Part shown: positions 50,746 through 64,000 of the stretch, piece by piece | How positions within the stretch are numbered: the stretch's first letter is position 1 | Layout of the letters: each line of letters opens with the position of its first letter | Source: Octopus vulgaris | Lineage: Eukaryota | Assembly (NCBI GenBank): GCA_951406725.2 | Contig: OX597814.1 | Coordinates: forward strand, 137,516,001 to 137,580,000 | Direction: 5' to 3' | DNA length: 64,000 nt | Made by a program: the position numbers and the translations under genes | The notes under the pieces: model-generated | Databases searched by the model: none | The model's input: the letters and a program-made list of their open reading frames with translations, nothing else | What the model was told of the DNA's origin: nothing

Positions 50746-53325
50746 TTAAGTTTGCAGAGCTTCTTGATAAACAATGTTTTTGGTCTTTCCTTGTGGGGCA
50801 GAAAAAAAACTAATGATTAGGATTGCTGACTCTTGAGCATCTCGCATAAAGTTGGCCATGGGAAGAAACTGGTTTTGCAAGGTTCAGACCTACCACATCC
50901 AAGGACTGCCCCTGGGCCTTGTTAATGCTCATTACAAAGCTGTTTCAATTGGAATTGCAAAGATATACCCGAGGGAATAAATGGAATTCTAGGAATGAAT
51001 ATAGGCTCATCACTTGCTTTAGCAGTCAAAATTGTTGTCTCCAAGACTGTTAAAATCATCTTCTTTATTATAAATCGCATGCTATTGCAAAGCTTTGGTG
51101 GATTGAGGTTTCAAAACAGCATAACTGGTGCCCCAGTCTTGAGGTGGGAGGCTGGGTGGTGTTATACTATTCAAGAATTCAACTGGATAATTCACAGCTT
51201 CACCAATGTTGAGTACAGTGTCAATGGAATTGTATATGTGATGCTCACCTGGCAACTGTTCCAGAAGTTTGATGGTCAAATCATCAACTGCCACATTCTT
51301 TGGACCTAAAATGGCATGGGTTTTCAGCCAGTTGTGGTCTGTAAACTGATTCCTCAAGTTAGGAAACACCTTATTTATTAGTTCTTTTAAATCAGATGCC
51401 ATATGTCCAAAAGGCAAGCTTACCCAGCCATCCTTCTCACCAACCAAAGTGCCATTACTGACGTCCAACAGTTACTTTGAAAAGGTTCTGTCTGCATCAT
51501 CACCACTGAGCTCCAGTCTCATGTTGATTGTGAGTCACAGCTTTTTCACATTGCTCCATAAGTAGGACGACTTTATGCTGGCATTTACCTCATCAGTTCT
51601 TGTCTCTTTTGGAACCACAGGAAGGGTTTGTCTAAAGTTTTCTGCAAGCAAGACTGTGGCACCTCCCATAAGCCTGGTGTTTTGTCTCAGATCCTGAAGG
51701 GCCATGTCAAGAGCTTCAAAGGAAACCTTATGGCTCATTGTCGCCTTATCCCAGATGATCAACCTGCATTCACCCTGAAGTTTGCTTTTTATAGAATCAT
51801 GACTGATGTTGCAGTTTGCCCTCTCTTTCTTGGACAGGTCCAAAAGGAGTTTGAAGCAGGAATGAGCTGTGTGGCCACCACTTAGCAGAGTTGCAGCTAT
51901 TCAACTTGACACCACTGCTATAGCAATGTGTTTCATTTGGCGCAGTTTAGCCAGAAGAACATTGATGACAAATGTCTTGCCAGTTCCACCTGGAGCATCC
52001 AGAAAGAAAAGACCTCTTTCGTTTTCAATGCTTGAAATAATAGTCTTATAAACACTCAGTTGGTCCTCCATCAGTTTGTATTCTTTATCAGCTAAATATG
52101 CCCTCATTTCCTTGATGTCATAGCTGATTTCTCACAAGTACTCAATTGCAAGACTGTTTGCTGCCTGTTCTGGTTGAGGCAGACTAAATGTGGCAATGCC
52201 TTGACCTCCCATAGCTTGCACTCAGGTGTTCAGGTCAAGTAATGCCTCATTGTAAATGGTGTTATTGAACATGGCAATTTCCACTGAAGTTTGCCTTCGT
52301 GTCCTTTGTAGGATGTTCTCTGCCATGCTGGTTTTGTGGGTTGCCCAAAGAAGTTCACCCAAGCCACATATCATCAACATGATAGGAAATAGCTGGCACA
52401 GTTGACTTGGTGCTCTGCTGACTGCTACCTCCTCCAGTGTCTGGTCCCAGTGAGCATTGTCCTCCAGTAGTCCATGTTTGGTGCAGGCTTCTCTGTAGGT
52501 CGTGCAGACCTCCCCATTGTGTTTTTGAAGGTCTAACAGTGTGCAGTAGTAGATGCAGAAAGAAGCAGTCTTGCTGATTAGGGTGTATAGTGTACACCTG
52601 CCCGATGGCCCCACTTCAGATGACAGCAAGTTCTTCCCAGCCCTAAATGCATGCTCCTTGCTTGCATCTGTTCCATCTATTGTGTGCCCAGGTATAGTAC
52701 CTCAACATGCAATAATGTTCAGGCAAACAGATTACATTGCCTTAATTTGAAGAAAGCTGTCAAAGTGGTTTCTGGTAGATTCAGAACTACGTTTTGAGCA
52801 TGTCTTCTGTGAAATATACATGCTGGCTATTTTCAAGATGTACAGATAGATTCACCACTGTTGGATGCCACTTGTGGATTTCGAAGCCCAGGATGTGTCA
52901 CATTGCCTTGTTAGAGGAAATATACCTGCCCAACTTATATTGCTGAAGTTTGTCTACCTGCCTGCCCTCCTGTTCAAGTCCCCAAACCACTATATCTGAA
53001 TCCTTATTGATGTATTTACATACATATTTAATACATTTTATAGTTGCATGACTCAACATTAACAGGGGCCTGCAATGTTTTAGACAGCAATGTGTTGTAG
53101 GACATGATCTACCTGTTGTCAATTTCCATCCCCTGACCATAAATTTGTGCTTGGTTGTGTTTCTACCATCTTTTGGTTTTCAGTGCCTGTAGAGTGGGTA
53201 ACCATCATGTCCTGTATGTGTCTCGTGGATAAATTCCCTGGGGAACTGTTTAATGCACTTCTTGTACTCCATGAAGGGTGATCAAAGGAAAATGAATGGG
53301 TTATATATGTGGACCCCTTCAAGGA
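50746..53325 (-). pseudogene. Helitron RepHel pseudogene (Rep C-terminal half + PIF1 helicase)
   Basis: FPREFIHETHTGHDGYPLYR, KYVCKYINK, GRYISS, FFLDAPGGTGKTF, LIIWD, FRQTLPVV, AILGPKN, YPVEFLNS and KTKNIVYQEAL*, with many disruptions. Confidence 0.92.
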
Positions 53326-54890
53326 TCCCTAGCCATCCAATTATAGGGCCTAATAACAAATTGGATGTTACTTTAACATGTTTGCAAAGTTTCATGAAAA
53401 TTCATTGACAGGTGTAGATGGCAACTTGACACAAACAGACAACTTGAATTTATATATGTATAGATTACCTCATGTAGAATTAAGAATTAACACAACAGTT
53501 TGTATCTGTTGTTTTAAGCTTTTAAATAAAGCTAGTAAAATAGCTGACACACACACATTTACATATATCTCCACAGATATATGTATCTACTCCTACACAT
53601 ATGATATTAACAAACTAATATGTGTAATTACTGGAGTGTGTGTGTATATATACCCACATGCACATCTATGTTTACACACATATTCACACATATTTATGCA
53701 ACCGCAAATACCTGCACAGACACACAATATTTACCTCAATGCTGTCGATGAATATTAATAATTACTAGAAGATTTCTATAAGGTTAAATAGTAATAAATT
53801 ATGTGTAGAGATATACATAATTTTACAAGCATTAGATATTCATACTCCTACATCAATACTGATATGGGAATACATGCACCAGTTGGAAGATTGCTCAGCT
53901 AAAATTGTAGAATCCTATCATAAACTAACTGTTCTTGGATAATGGGTTTGATTCACCCAGATTAACACTAGCATCAGGCCATTTCACCATTTCAGTGAAG
54001 CTACTACCTCTTTTTGTAAGCCACTTTGTTATACATTCAGTCATTTAACAACTTCACTTAGTGATAAATGCACCTTCAATCATCTATGCATTCAGTTATC
54101 TGCACATCAGGAACACAACAATTGGCTAGATACTTTGTTGGTGGGGATCCATTCAATTCATGCACACATGGAAAAGTAGATGCAGAAGTGATGATGAGAT
54201 GATATGTGTGTGTATATACTTGTACAAGTATAATTTGTAAAAGTGCTAAATCATCACCATTTTTACATCTACTCTCTATACATGCAAAGGTTGGAAGAAT
54301 TGTCATAATCCAAGTCAGATCTCTTCAGGAACCACTGCCCTCATTGTTTACTTTTATACATTTTATTGTTGAACTAGCATTAGAAAGGTTGTCAAATCCT
54401 TCGCAAATAGGACTGGAGACCTCTCAACCAATCACTAAAGAATGCACTGGCATGAGTGGGATTGCCTTGTACACAGAAAGTATAAAGAATACGCCCTACC
54501 CTGCTTTATACAGCATGGAAAAATGATTGTAATGAACAGAAACTTATTTGAGGCATTATTTTATGGCTTGATGTTCTTCCAATCGCCAATCCTTACCTAA
54601 TTTCTTAAATGCAGTTTTTGAAAGCACAAAGTGACCAGTCATATCAACAATGAATTTAAACACATAGGAATATCAAGAATTGTATGCACACATACAGAGA
54701 ATTCTCTGCAGATTCTCTCAAACAATTTCATCCACAAGGTGTTGGTTGTCTCAAGGCTATTATAGAAGACATTTGCCTAGAATATCACATAATCAGAACT
54801 AGAACATCTGGTTATGGAGCATTACAGAACTCCAGCAACCTTATATATATATATATATATATATACATAATATACATACATATATATATA

Positions 54891-57800
54891 TAAGGTTACT
54901 GGAGTTCTGTAATGTGAATAATCTTTTGATCTGCAACACCAACTTTAGGAAGACTGCCAATCACCTGATAACTTATCAATCAGGTGACTCTGCTAGAAAG
55001 ATAGGTTTCATTTTCACCAGACAGTGGGGTGCATGGTTGCTCTTAAAATGCAGACTCTTCCTGGTGAAGAATGTATTCCCCAGCATAGACTAGTCATTAG
55101 CGACTTTAGACTCCTGGCCAGAATGATGCCAAGAAGCAGACCAATCTGGAAAAGAAGGACCCTTCATATGGTCAAAGATTTAGGGACATCCTAATTGAGA
55201 AATTTGATGAGAGAGAGGAGCAGCTACAAACTTGTGACATAGAGGGCAACTGGGAATTCCTGCAGGACAACTTGCTGAGCTCCACAGACCAAATCTGTGG
55301 CTGGTGCAAAGACCCTTCCAGACCTAGGGTAACCTGATGATGGAACAATACTGTAGACAGAGCCATTAGAGCAAAGAAACAGGCCTGGAAGAGTGGGGGC
55401 AGCAAGGAACTGTATCAGATAGCCAGAAGGGAAGCTAGGAGACAGGTGTATCTAGCCAAGGGAGAAGCAGAAAAGAAGTTTGCCCATGTTCAGTGACTTG
55501 AGGACCAAGAACTGAAGTATTTTGGATTGCAAGACAGCATGTGAGAGAAAATTGTGATGTCATAGGAGAGAAATATGTCAGCATGGATGATGGTGCACTT
55601 GCTTTCAATGTGTCTGCAAAGAAAGAGACTTGGAGATGCCATTATGAAAGACTGCTGAATGTGGAGAATGAATGGGAGGAGGAGAGTCTGCCAAATGTTG
55701 ACCTAACTGAAGGACCAATTTTCCGAATTGATAGTACCCTGGGAGATAACGCAATTAGGGATATGAAGACAGAGAAAGCTCCCAGCCCATCAGGGACCAC
55801 TGCTGAGGTGCTTAAAATATCCAGGGGTGGGGTTATGGTCTAGTCACCCATATTGTAAATCAGGTGGTCCATGAAGGAGTCATACCCAATGACTGATGTA
55901 GCAGCACCATAGTCAACTGCTACAAGGATAAAAGTGATGCATTAGATATGAATAATTACAGAGATATCAAGTTGTTGGATCAGGTGATGAAAGTTGTGGA
56001 GAGAGTCATAGCATAACTAATCAAGGAGAGAGTTAGTCTAGATGAGATGCAATTTGGCTTTGTGCCATGTAGAAGCACCACTGATACTATATTTCTGGTA
56101 AAGCAGCTGCAGGAGAAACACCTAGCCAAAAATAAACCTCTGTACTTGGTTTTTGTTGACTTGGAGAAAGCTTTTGACAGAGTCCTCCAATCAGTTATCT
56201 GGTAGTCAATGCAGAAACTAGGGAAAGATGAGTGGTTGGTGAGAGCTGTACAAGCCTTGTATAGGGACACTACCAGTAAAGTGAGGGTAGGCAATGAGTA
56301 CAGCAAAGAATTCAGGGTACAAGTAGGGGTTCACTAAGGATCACTGCTCAGCCCCCTCTTGTTCATCGTAGTCCTCCAGGCAATAACAGAGGAATTCAAG
56401 ACCGGCTACCCCTGGGAACTCCTCTATGCTGATGACCTTGCTCTTATAGCTGAATCACTACCAGAGCTAGAGAAGAAGTTCCAGGTATAGAATCAAAGGG
56501 CCTTAGAGTTAACCTAACAAAAACCAAAGTCATAGTAAATAGGAAGGCAGACAAATTTCAAATCCCCTCAGATAGATGGCCTGCTCAATCTGTAGAAAAG
56601 GTGTAGGTAGAAACTCCATACAATGCACCCAGTTTAAGCTTTGGACACACAAAAGGTGCACAGGCATAATAAATGCTGAACATGTGCAGAAAATAGACTC
56701 CATCAACTGCCAGCAGGGGCAAGATAGAAGTAGCAGATAGCTTAGAGTATCTAGACAACCAAGTTAGTAGTGGAGGTGGTTGTTCTGAGAGCATAACTGT
56801 GAGAATAAGATTAGGCTGGGCAAAGTTCAGAGAACTCCTACTCCTGCTGGCAACAAAGGGCCTCTCTCTCAGAGTGAAAAGCAGATTGTTTGATGCCTGT
56901 GTGCAAACAGCTATGCTGCATGGTAGTGAAACATAGGCTATAATAGCCATGGACATGCATAAGCTTGAGAGAAATGAAGCCAGTATGCTTCGCTGGATGT
57001 GCAATGTCAGTGTGCAGGTTCAACAGAGTATAAGCATCTTGAGAGAAAAGTTAAGCATAAGAGGAATCAGATGTGGTGTGCAAGAGAGATGACTGCACTG
57101 GTATGGTCATGTGATGTGTATGGATGAGAACAGCTATGTTAAGAAGTATCCTGTGGAGGGAACTTGTGGTAGAGGTAGGCCTAGGAAGACATGAGACAAG
57201 GTGGTAAAGCATGACCTACAAACTTTGAACCTCATAAAGGCAATGACTAGTGAACGAGACCTTTGGTGACAAGTCCTCTTTCCTTAAGAGGACTCGTCAA
57301 GCCAAGTACACATATGTTGGTGCCACATAATAAAAAAAATCAACCTTTGGACTTTGGGCACCGTGGCTGAGTACCTTTCGAGCATTGGGCCTCATGGAGG
57401 CATAGTGACTGAGTTCCTTTTGAGTGTTGGGCCTGACGGAGGAAAAGAGTCTGAGTTCATTTTGAGTGTTGGGCCTCATGGAGGCAAAGTGGCAGAGTTC
57501 CTTTTGAGTAAGCCTCATAGAGGCAAGTTGGCTGAGTTCCTTTCGAGCACTGGGCCTCATGGAGGCAAAGTGGCTGAGCTCCTTTCGAGTGTTGAGCCTC
57601 ATGGAAGCAATGACCAAGATCTCTGGCATTATGTCATGCTTGAAAAGAAGACTCATCAAGTAGAGCAAAATTGCAGCCATGGCCGATACTGGTGTCATGC
57701 AAATGGTGCCTGTGTCAATGGCACATAAAAGCACCCTTTACACCCTCAGAATAGTTGGCATTAGGAAGGGCATCCAGCCATAGAAAACCATGCCAAATTA

Positions 57801-57920
57801 GTCTCGAGCCCGGCACAGCCTTCCAGTGTGCTATGCAACTCATGCCATCATGGATAATGGACCATCCAACCCATGCCAGCATGGACAATGGACTGAAATG
57901 ATGATGATGATGATGATGAT
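54891..57920 (+). mobile_element. RTE-clade LINE, 5'-truncated (APE C-terminus + RT pseudogene, 3' UTR, (ATG)n tail)
   Basis: RLLEFCNVNNLLICNTNFRK and QHRLVISDF (APE); QFGFVPCRSTTDTIF, VFVDLEKAFDRV, GS.LSPLLF and LLYADDLAL (RT); RGRPRKT near the C-terminus. Confidence 0.92.
57363..57610 (+). repeat. Minisatellite in the RTE 3' UTR, ~42 bp x 6
   Basis: Unit GTGGCTGAGTTCCTTTCGAGTGTTGGGCCTCATGGAGGCAAA. Confidence 0.88.
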
Positions 57921-58247
57921 ATATATATGTGTATATATATATGTATGTATACATATACAGTTACCTATATATACATACATGCACATACATATATGTACAT
58001 ACATATATGTACATACATACACATACATACAAATACATACATATATATACATACATACACAAACACATAATGGACGTTAAATGATGATGATGATGATGAT
58101 ATATATATATGTATATATATACACATATGTATATATACATACATGCACATACATATATATATATACATACATATACATATACAAACACACATATACATAC
58201 ATACATATACATACATACATACATACATACATACATACATACATACA

Positions 58248-58279
<32 letters not shown>

Positions 58280-58680
58280 CATATACACATGACTTATATA
58301 TAAGGGAACTGAATATCAGAAAATGTATATAAATTGAAACAGTTTGTTGGCCTTTTATGTTTTTTTTAAATAATTGTTTATGTTATATTATATTCATAAT
58401 ATATCATGTAATATTATAATATGAATAAATTATTGGATTGTCAATAGTATCTCACTATTCAATTTATCTTTGTAATTTCATGTACACACACATATATATA
58501 CACACACACATATATATATATATATACACACACATATACATATATATATTTATACACATATACACACATAATTATGTATATATATATATACACACACATA
58601 CATACATACAAATACACATTATATATTTATATATAAATACATGCATATACATATGTATATACATATACACATATATGTAT
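57920..58680. repeat. Compound (TA)/(CA)/(TACA)n microsatellite field
   Basis: Read directly. Similar tracts occur at 9995-10080, 14130-14210, 23390-23450, 32935-33110 and 34680-34780. Confidence 0.95.
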
Positions 58681-59370
58681 TCCAATAAGGAGCAAATAAT
58701 ACAAGAGTGAATATTTGCGAAGATATTATTAACTCTATTATAGTCTATGGTACTATAATTAATTGATAATGACAGAATTAATAATATAGGCGATTGCAGG
58801 CCCAAAATAAGCATTAGATAATTAGCTGAATGATGACAAATTTATATTGATCAAAGGATAATTTGCAAATATTCACTCCTGAATTATTTACTCCTTATTG
58901 GAACTCTTTTCACACTGAGGCTGCTATAACAAATCAGCGCATTGCAAACTTCAACATGACATTTCTAACCCTGAGCGAGAAAGGAGGGGCAAACCACACA
59001 ACTTCACATATTCTAGGGTTAGAATTACTGGATATATTAGGATTTTCAGGGGCAGACAGTTTATAGTTATATTTATTACTATTATTATATTGTTTATGGT
59101 TTCGAGCTAAATCCTTTAAATTGCAGTTGATTACTGTTAAGTATATTTAATGAGCCTAATTTCCCTAAATCTACAGAATTATTAGAAGTGGTATTCACCA
59201 TCTTCATTTTTAATTGTCTATTTGGTATATAATAAATGCCTTTGTCAAATCTGCTTAATTTCAGGGCATTGTTATAAAAATAAAATTCTTATCACTTTAT
59301 TTGTTCCATTTAGTACCTGAACCCAATTCACATAATTTATTTCATTGTGTTTTAAATTATGCTTTTGAAT

Positions 59371-60215
59371 TTAATGGTTTTAGTAAATTTATACAGAAAA
59401 AAGAAGTATTATACAGTCCAGCATAAATAAAAGTCTACTTCATTATATTGTTTCTGTAAAAACTTATTCTGACATTAAATGAGTCAACTTCTGGTACGAA
59501 TGTTTACATTTTGTACATCTTTTTTCAACAAAAAATTTTATTTGTAAATTCTGGAAATTATCTACTTATGTAATTTATGCACCCACTGAAGTTTATTTTT
59601 ATTTTTGAGGAAAAAAATGTGTAAATTACATGGGTTTTTATGGTGTATGGTTGCAGTTTATGCTATCAGTATTTTTAGGGTTACTTACATTGCTGTGATT
59701 AGAATGGTGATAATAATTTTCATGATTTTTGTTCTTATTATGAATTTTTATTTACTACAAAACCCATGTAATTTATGTACTTCTTTTGTAAAACCAAAAA
59801 TAAACTTTAGTGGGTGCGTAAATTACATGAGTAGATCATTTCCAGAATTTTTTAGAAATTTTTTTGTTGAAAAATGACATATGGGAAGTTTTTACAGAAA
59901 AGATAATGGCTTAACCCTTTAGTGTTCAGATTATTCTATCAAACATAATGCTTATTGATTCACATTGATTTGAATTAATCATGCATTATCTCATATCTTC
60001 AAGATGTTGATGGTGTAATTACTTAATGTAGAATAACATTGTAGGGTAGGTACGAGAGCCTGGATCTGGTCAGTTTAAACATAAAACAGATTAACTATTT
60101 TGGCCGGATATGGCCAGTTTAAATACTAAAGGGTTAAATATAATGAAGTTGACTTTTATTTATACTGGACAGTACAAAACTTACTTTTTCTGTATAAATT
60201 TACAAAAACCATTAA
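59371..60215. mobile_element. Fold-back/MITE with ~270-bp imperfect arms
   Basis: 59371-59449 pairs with 60136-60215, and ~59450-59640 pairs with ~59759-59908. The right arm is interrupted by a TTAA element. Confidence 0.75.
59915..60133. mobile_element. piggyBac-type MITE
   Basis: TTAA|CCCTTTAGTGTT ... AATACTAAAGGG|TTAA (TTAA TSD, CCC/GGG termini). Confidence 0.8.
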
Positions 60216-61098
60216 GTGATTAACTACTTTTGAAGTTGGACGTTCATGCTGGTAAACATGGTCCGGGCCATATTTTACTTTGCTTGGAGCACCATTGACA
60301 TACGTAGAGACATGGATATTCCTCACTGAAAAAATGTAATGATATAGATAATCTTGATCGCATGTTTTTATTTTTGTCTGTTTATTACTAGGCACAGTCT
60401 AAGTTTTTCATACTGTTTATGCCAATTCCAAACATTGACTTCATTAACATTAAAATACTTTCTGGCAGCTCTGTTGGCACATTCAAATACATATTCAACA
60501 TATTTGAATTCATAAGTTTTGCCCATACTGACAATAATGGTAATATTAAATTTTAAAGTTTGCTTAACATTTTATAAGTGTGAAATGGCTAAAATTTTGA
60601 TACTCTGTATAAAAGATTCCAACAAGAATAGATGGAAAAGAATTCTGTGTACATAACCAGTTTGATCAGTCACCTTCTTCAGTCGGTTGAGTAAGGTGTC
60701 ATCCAAGCTGATGTTTATTGGTAATTAAACTCATTTTGCAACACCTATGCATATTTATCAGCTTTGTTTTTGTAAGTAATTCTTATCAACAACTTTTCCT
60801 GTGATTGTGATTTGAGAAGACATACAGAAGTATGCTAAAGATCAGACATAATCTCTTGTGGGCAAGAAATGTAAAATAAAGTTTATTATAAACAACACAA
60901 ACATTTTGTTATTTAATAGCTTTTAATGTGACCTGCACATTATTGCTTATGATATATATATATATGTACTTACTTTAATGTAATGTATTGTACTTCCAAT
61001 TTTTAAATGTGTATATTTTTGTATATGCATATATCTATGTGCATGTTGTGTAGCCTGATATTTTTTGCACATATTTATGAAAGTATTTTTGAATATAT

Positions 61099-62135
61099 TG
61101 TTACGCCGCACGCTCACTCAGGACCCTAAGACCCTAGGCCTTCCAGGTCGATAACGGGCCCCAAATTGCGACGACGACGACGATGCTCAGTCAAACGGAA
61201 GCTCACCACAGAAACAGGGGGAAAAAAAAGCGAATGAATACCAGAGACCAGAGACAAAAATAACAAACGAGAGAAACACCAGAGGTTGCTTAGTTTAACA
61301 ATTCTTTTTTTAACTTCACAAAATCAGAACATTTCAAAACAAAAGCATTTAACTGCAACACGATTCGAATAACAATCAAATACATTTAAACATAGTACAA
61401 CTGTTCGATTTTTCTAAACAAATCAATTAACATGCAACACAATACAGTTCGGAAAACAATCAAAACAAATAGTCTTTCTTTTTCTTTTCTTTTAAAAACA
61501 CATCTTAGTTCTTTTTCTCTTTCTTTTCTCTTCCTTCTAACACAATGTTCTTTTTCTTTTCTCTTTCAACAGATTACAACACGGAGTCCCCCATTTTTTT
61601 TCATTTGAACAACACAATGTTTCTCCCCCTTTTTTTTTATATTTAAACATCAAAATTCAAAACACAAATAAACACTACCGGCACATGTTCCTCGTCTGTA
61701 ACACTCATCACAAAACCCCCACTATATCAGTTCGAATTCAAAATGTCTCTCTTTGCCCCCTTCACTGCCATCTTCCTTATTTCCTCTCGCCTTCTCCATT
61801 TCTCACATTCACTGCCTGTCTTCCTCGCTTTGCCGTTGCCTCTCGCCATCTCCACCATCTCCCTTGTCCGCTAGCTGTCATGCATCGAATGACTGGCTCT
61901 TCCCAACTGAACTCCTTATCCGGTCTCTCACTAACTGACCGCTAACCCCAATGCCAGGTGCATTTATATAGGGTAGCATTTTTATTGTTTTATCAACTCT
62001 CCGTGACCGTGTTGGGATCAAATATCACTTCCTAAGCTCATTAGTTACCGTGATCGTTGAGAGGACAAAGAACATTCCATCATCCTGAACAACTGGAGCA
62101 CCGGTTCAACTCCAACCAATGGAAGAAGGGGCGCA
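61099..62135 (-). mobile_element. Possible solo LTR
   Basis: Abrupt CpG-rich block starting TGTTACG on +, with a TATA-like CCCTATATAAATG on - at ~61960-61973. The right boundary and TSD are unclear. Confidence 0.4.
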
Positions 62136-63271
62136 ATGTTTTTCTGTTTATCTACCTCTGTAAAAATATATAAATTATATATACGTATCATGTTATGCTG
62201 CCCTCTCTGTATACATGCAAATATTTATTATTTTATAAATTATTATATATATACTATTTTAGCAACTAGTTTTTATAACTATTTTTATTTTTATTAAAAA
62301 TATTTATAATATTTATAAACAATTTTTAAATATTATAATTCTTATAAATTTTTAATAATGTATATATGTTTTTATAATGTATATTTGTACGTATGTAAAC
62401 CTATATGGCCAATATACATTCAGGCCTATATATATAAACATTATTTACAAACATATATATACATTACTCCAAGTATGCCGTGTATAAGGGTATTGCTATG
62501 TTATTGATGTGTATGGGGGTATTAGTATATACATTATGGTATGTTCAGGTATCTGTTTGTTTTCTTGGTAATTGCCTGTATATATATATATATATATGTA
62601 TGTATAGACAGATAGATAGTTAGATAGATAGATAGGTATTTATCAGTGCATGTTGTTTCCATGTACAAAAGTCATTTGTATATGCATATATGGTTGTACC
62701 AGTATGTATACACATAAACTTTTAGATATAAAGCTATGTATGACACACAATTTTTGCATGTACATGTACATATCCATCTACATATGATGTCAATCTATTT
62801 ACTCCTTATTATTATAGCAAATATAAGTAAGACTGTATTCCCTACCTACTAATTGTTATCTCCCCTACACTACTCATAATTCTGACATTTTTTCACTTTT
62901 CTCTTCAATTATACACAACTCCTTTCGCTATTATTAAATATAACTTTTCTATACTGTCCCATAGTTGCTTATATATGTTTTAGCAGTGGATAATGTAAGT
63001 TAATTCCCCCTCATCTTCTTATTTATTTTTTTATTTTCTAATTTTTATTTTTATTTTATTAAACGTTTTTTAGTATCTACCTCTTAAAATATGCTTCTAC
63101 AAGTTTAACTACATTCCGGAATATTACACTTATTTTCTTCTATTAGAATTTAGACATTATTTACATAAAACATTTTAATTATAAATTTTATATACCACAA
63201 ACCATTATGGTTACTATTAAATATTTTTTTCTAATTAATTACTTAGCTGTATTTATTATTGGTGGTTAAAT

Positions 63272-63490
63272 AAGGCGGTGAGCTGGCAGAATCATTAGCA
63301 TGCTGGTCGAAATACTTAGAGGTATTTAGTCTGTCTTTTTGTTCTGAGTTTAAATTCTGAGGTCGACTTTGCCTTTCATCCTTTCTGAGTCAATAAATTA
63401 AGTACCAGTAAAATTCTGGGGTCGATGTAATCAACTAGTCCCCTCCCCCAAAGTTTCAGGCCTTATGCCTATAATAGAAAGGATTATTGA
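63272..63490 (+). mobile_element. SINE family B
   Basis: Same consensus as 21202-21420; GGTTAAATA occurs on both flanks (possible TSD). Confidence 0.8.
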
Positions 63491-64000
63491 TGGTTAAATA
63501 TAAATTTTAGTCCCCAGTATTTCAAAATTCCGAACTTCCTTATTTGGGTAGTCCTTATCTTTAATATACAGCCCTAGCAAGTTTCACCTCATATATGGGA
63601 GTTTTAAATTGGCACCTTTATATTAATCTATAAAGAGAATGTTACCCTTATTAGTATTATATACATCAACACCCAAGCATTATACTTTAGTTTTGTTTTA
63701 AATAGACATGACTCCAAGAACAATAACACATTACAGAAATATGTAAGAACACCATACCTATGTAATCCTAACTTCGTTTTAGCTTTTTTTTTTATTTTCG
63801 ACTACTAATGAGTACTTTTTGACAACTCAAATTCTTAAAATGAATTTATTGTCTTTCTGTATGAAACAATTGTATAGCTACATGAAGAAAAAAATTATCA
63901 TCCATATTAACATCTAATCTCCATTTATGTAAAATATGATTGACTTTGTTGAACTTTGTTTAATAAGTTAAATCATATACTTAATATATCTATATATGCA

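Larger units (their letters stand above)
49689..53464 (-). mobile_element. Second Helitron, degenerate and internally deleted
   Basis: The - strand 5' end reads A|TCTATACATATATAAATTCAAGTTGTCTGTTTGT (53464). The 3' end is a decayed hairpin CCAGGAATTACCAGG plus TACATCAGCTAG|T (49689). It encloses RepHel remnants. Confidence 0.75.

Noticed and set aside
57297-57734. ORFs of 145 and 124 aa with 14-aa periodicity; CRISPR-like appearance
   Set aside because: They arise from a 42-bp contiguous minisatellite in a LINE 3' UTR. There are no unique spacers and no cas genes, and the context is eukaryotic.
57715-58814. Many YI/CV/HT-rich ORFs (also 2416-2758, 23380-23724, 32888-33150)
   Set aside because: Translations of dinucleotide and tetranucleotide microsatellites.

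Overview
AT-rich, microsatellite- and SINE-dense animal genomic DNA; the SINE and LINE families resemble those I know from octopus/cephalopods, which is an inference. One host gene is supported: a 3-exon BTB-BACK-Kelch gene of the KLHL9/13/26 type on the + strand (CDS 12907-12957, 23768-24154, 38923-40290; about 601 aa; two phase-0 introns of about 10.8 and 14.8 kb). The rest is mostly mobile DNA. It includes a near-complete Helitron (1870-8476, Rep/PIF1 helicase broken only by 3 frameshifts) whose first ~200 bp are duplicated head-to-head as a perfect palindrome against a truncated Gypsy element. There is also a second, internally deleted Helitron (49689-53464, -), a mellifera-type mariner nested in a SINE, a 5'-truncated RTE LINE, a decayed CR1-like LINE, a second Gypsy fragment, several MITEs/fold-backs and three tRNA-derived SINE families. 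The most interesting signals are a well-formed minimal hammerhead ribozyme (8926-9027) with decayed relatives, a repeated multi-hairpin motif with compensatory changes (9319-9402 and 10388-10469), and recurrent inverted duplications of element ends. All coordinates were read by eye and may be off by a few bases.
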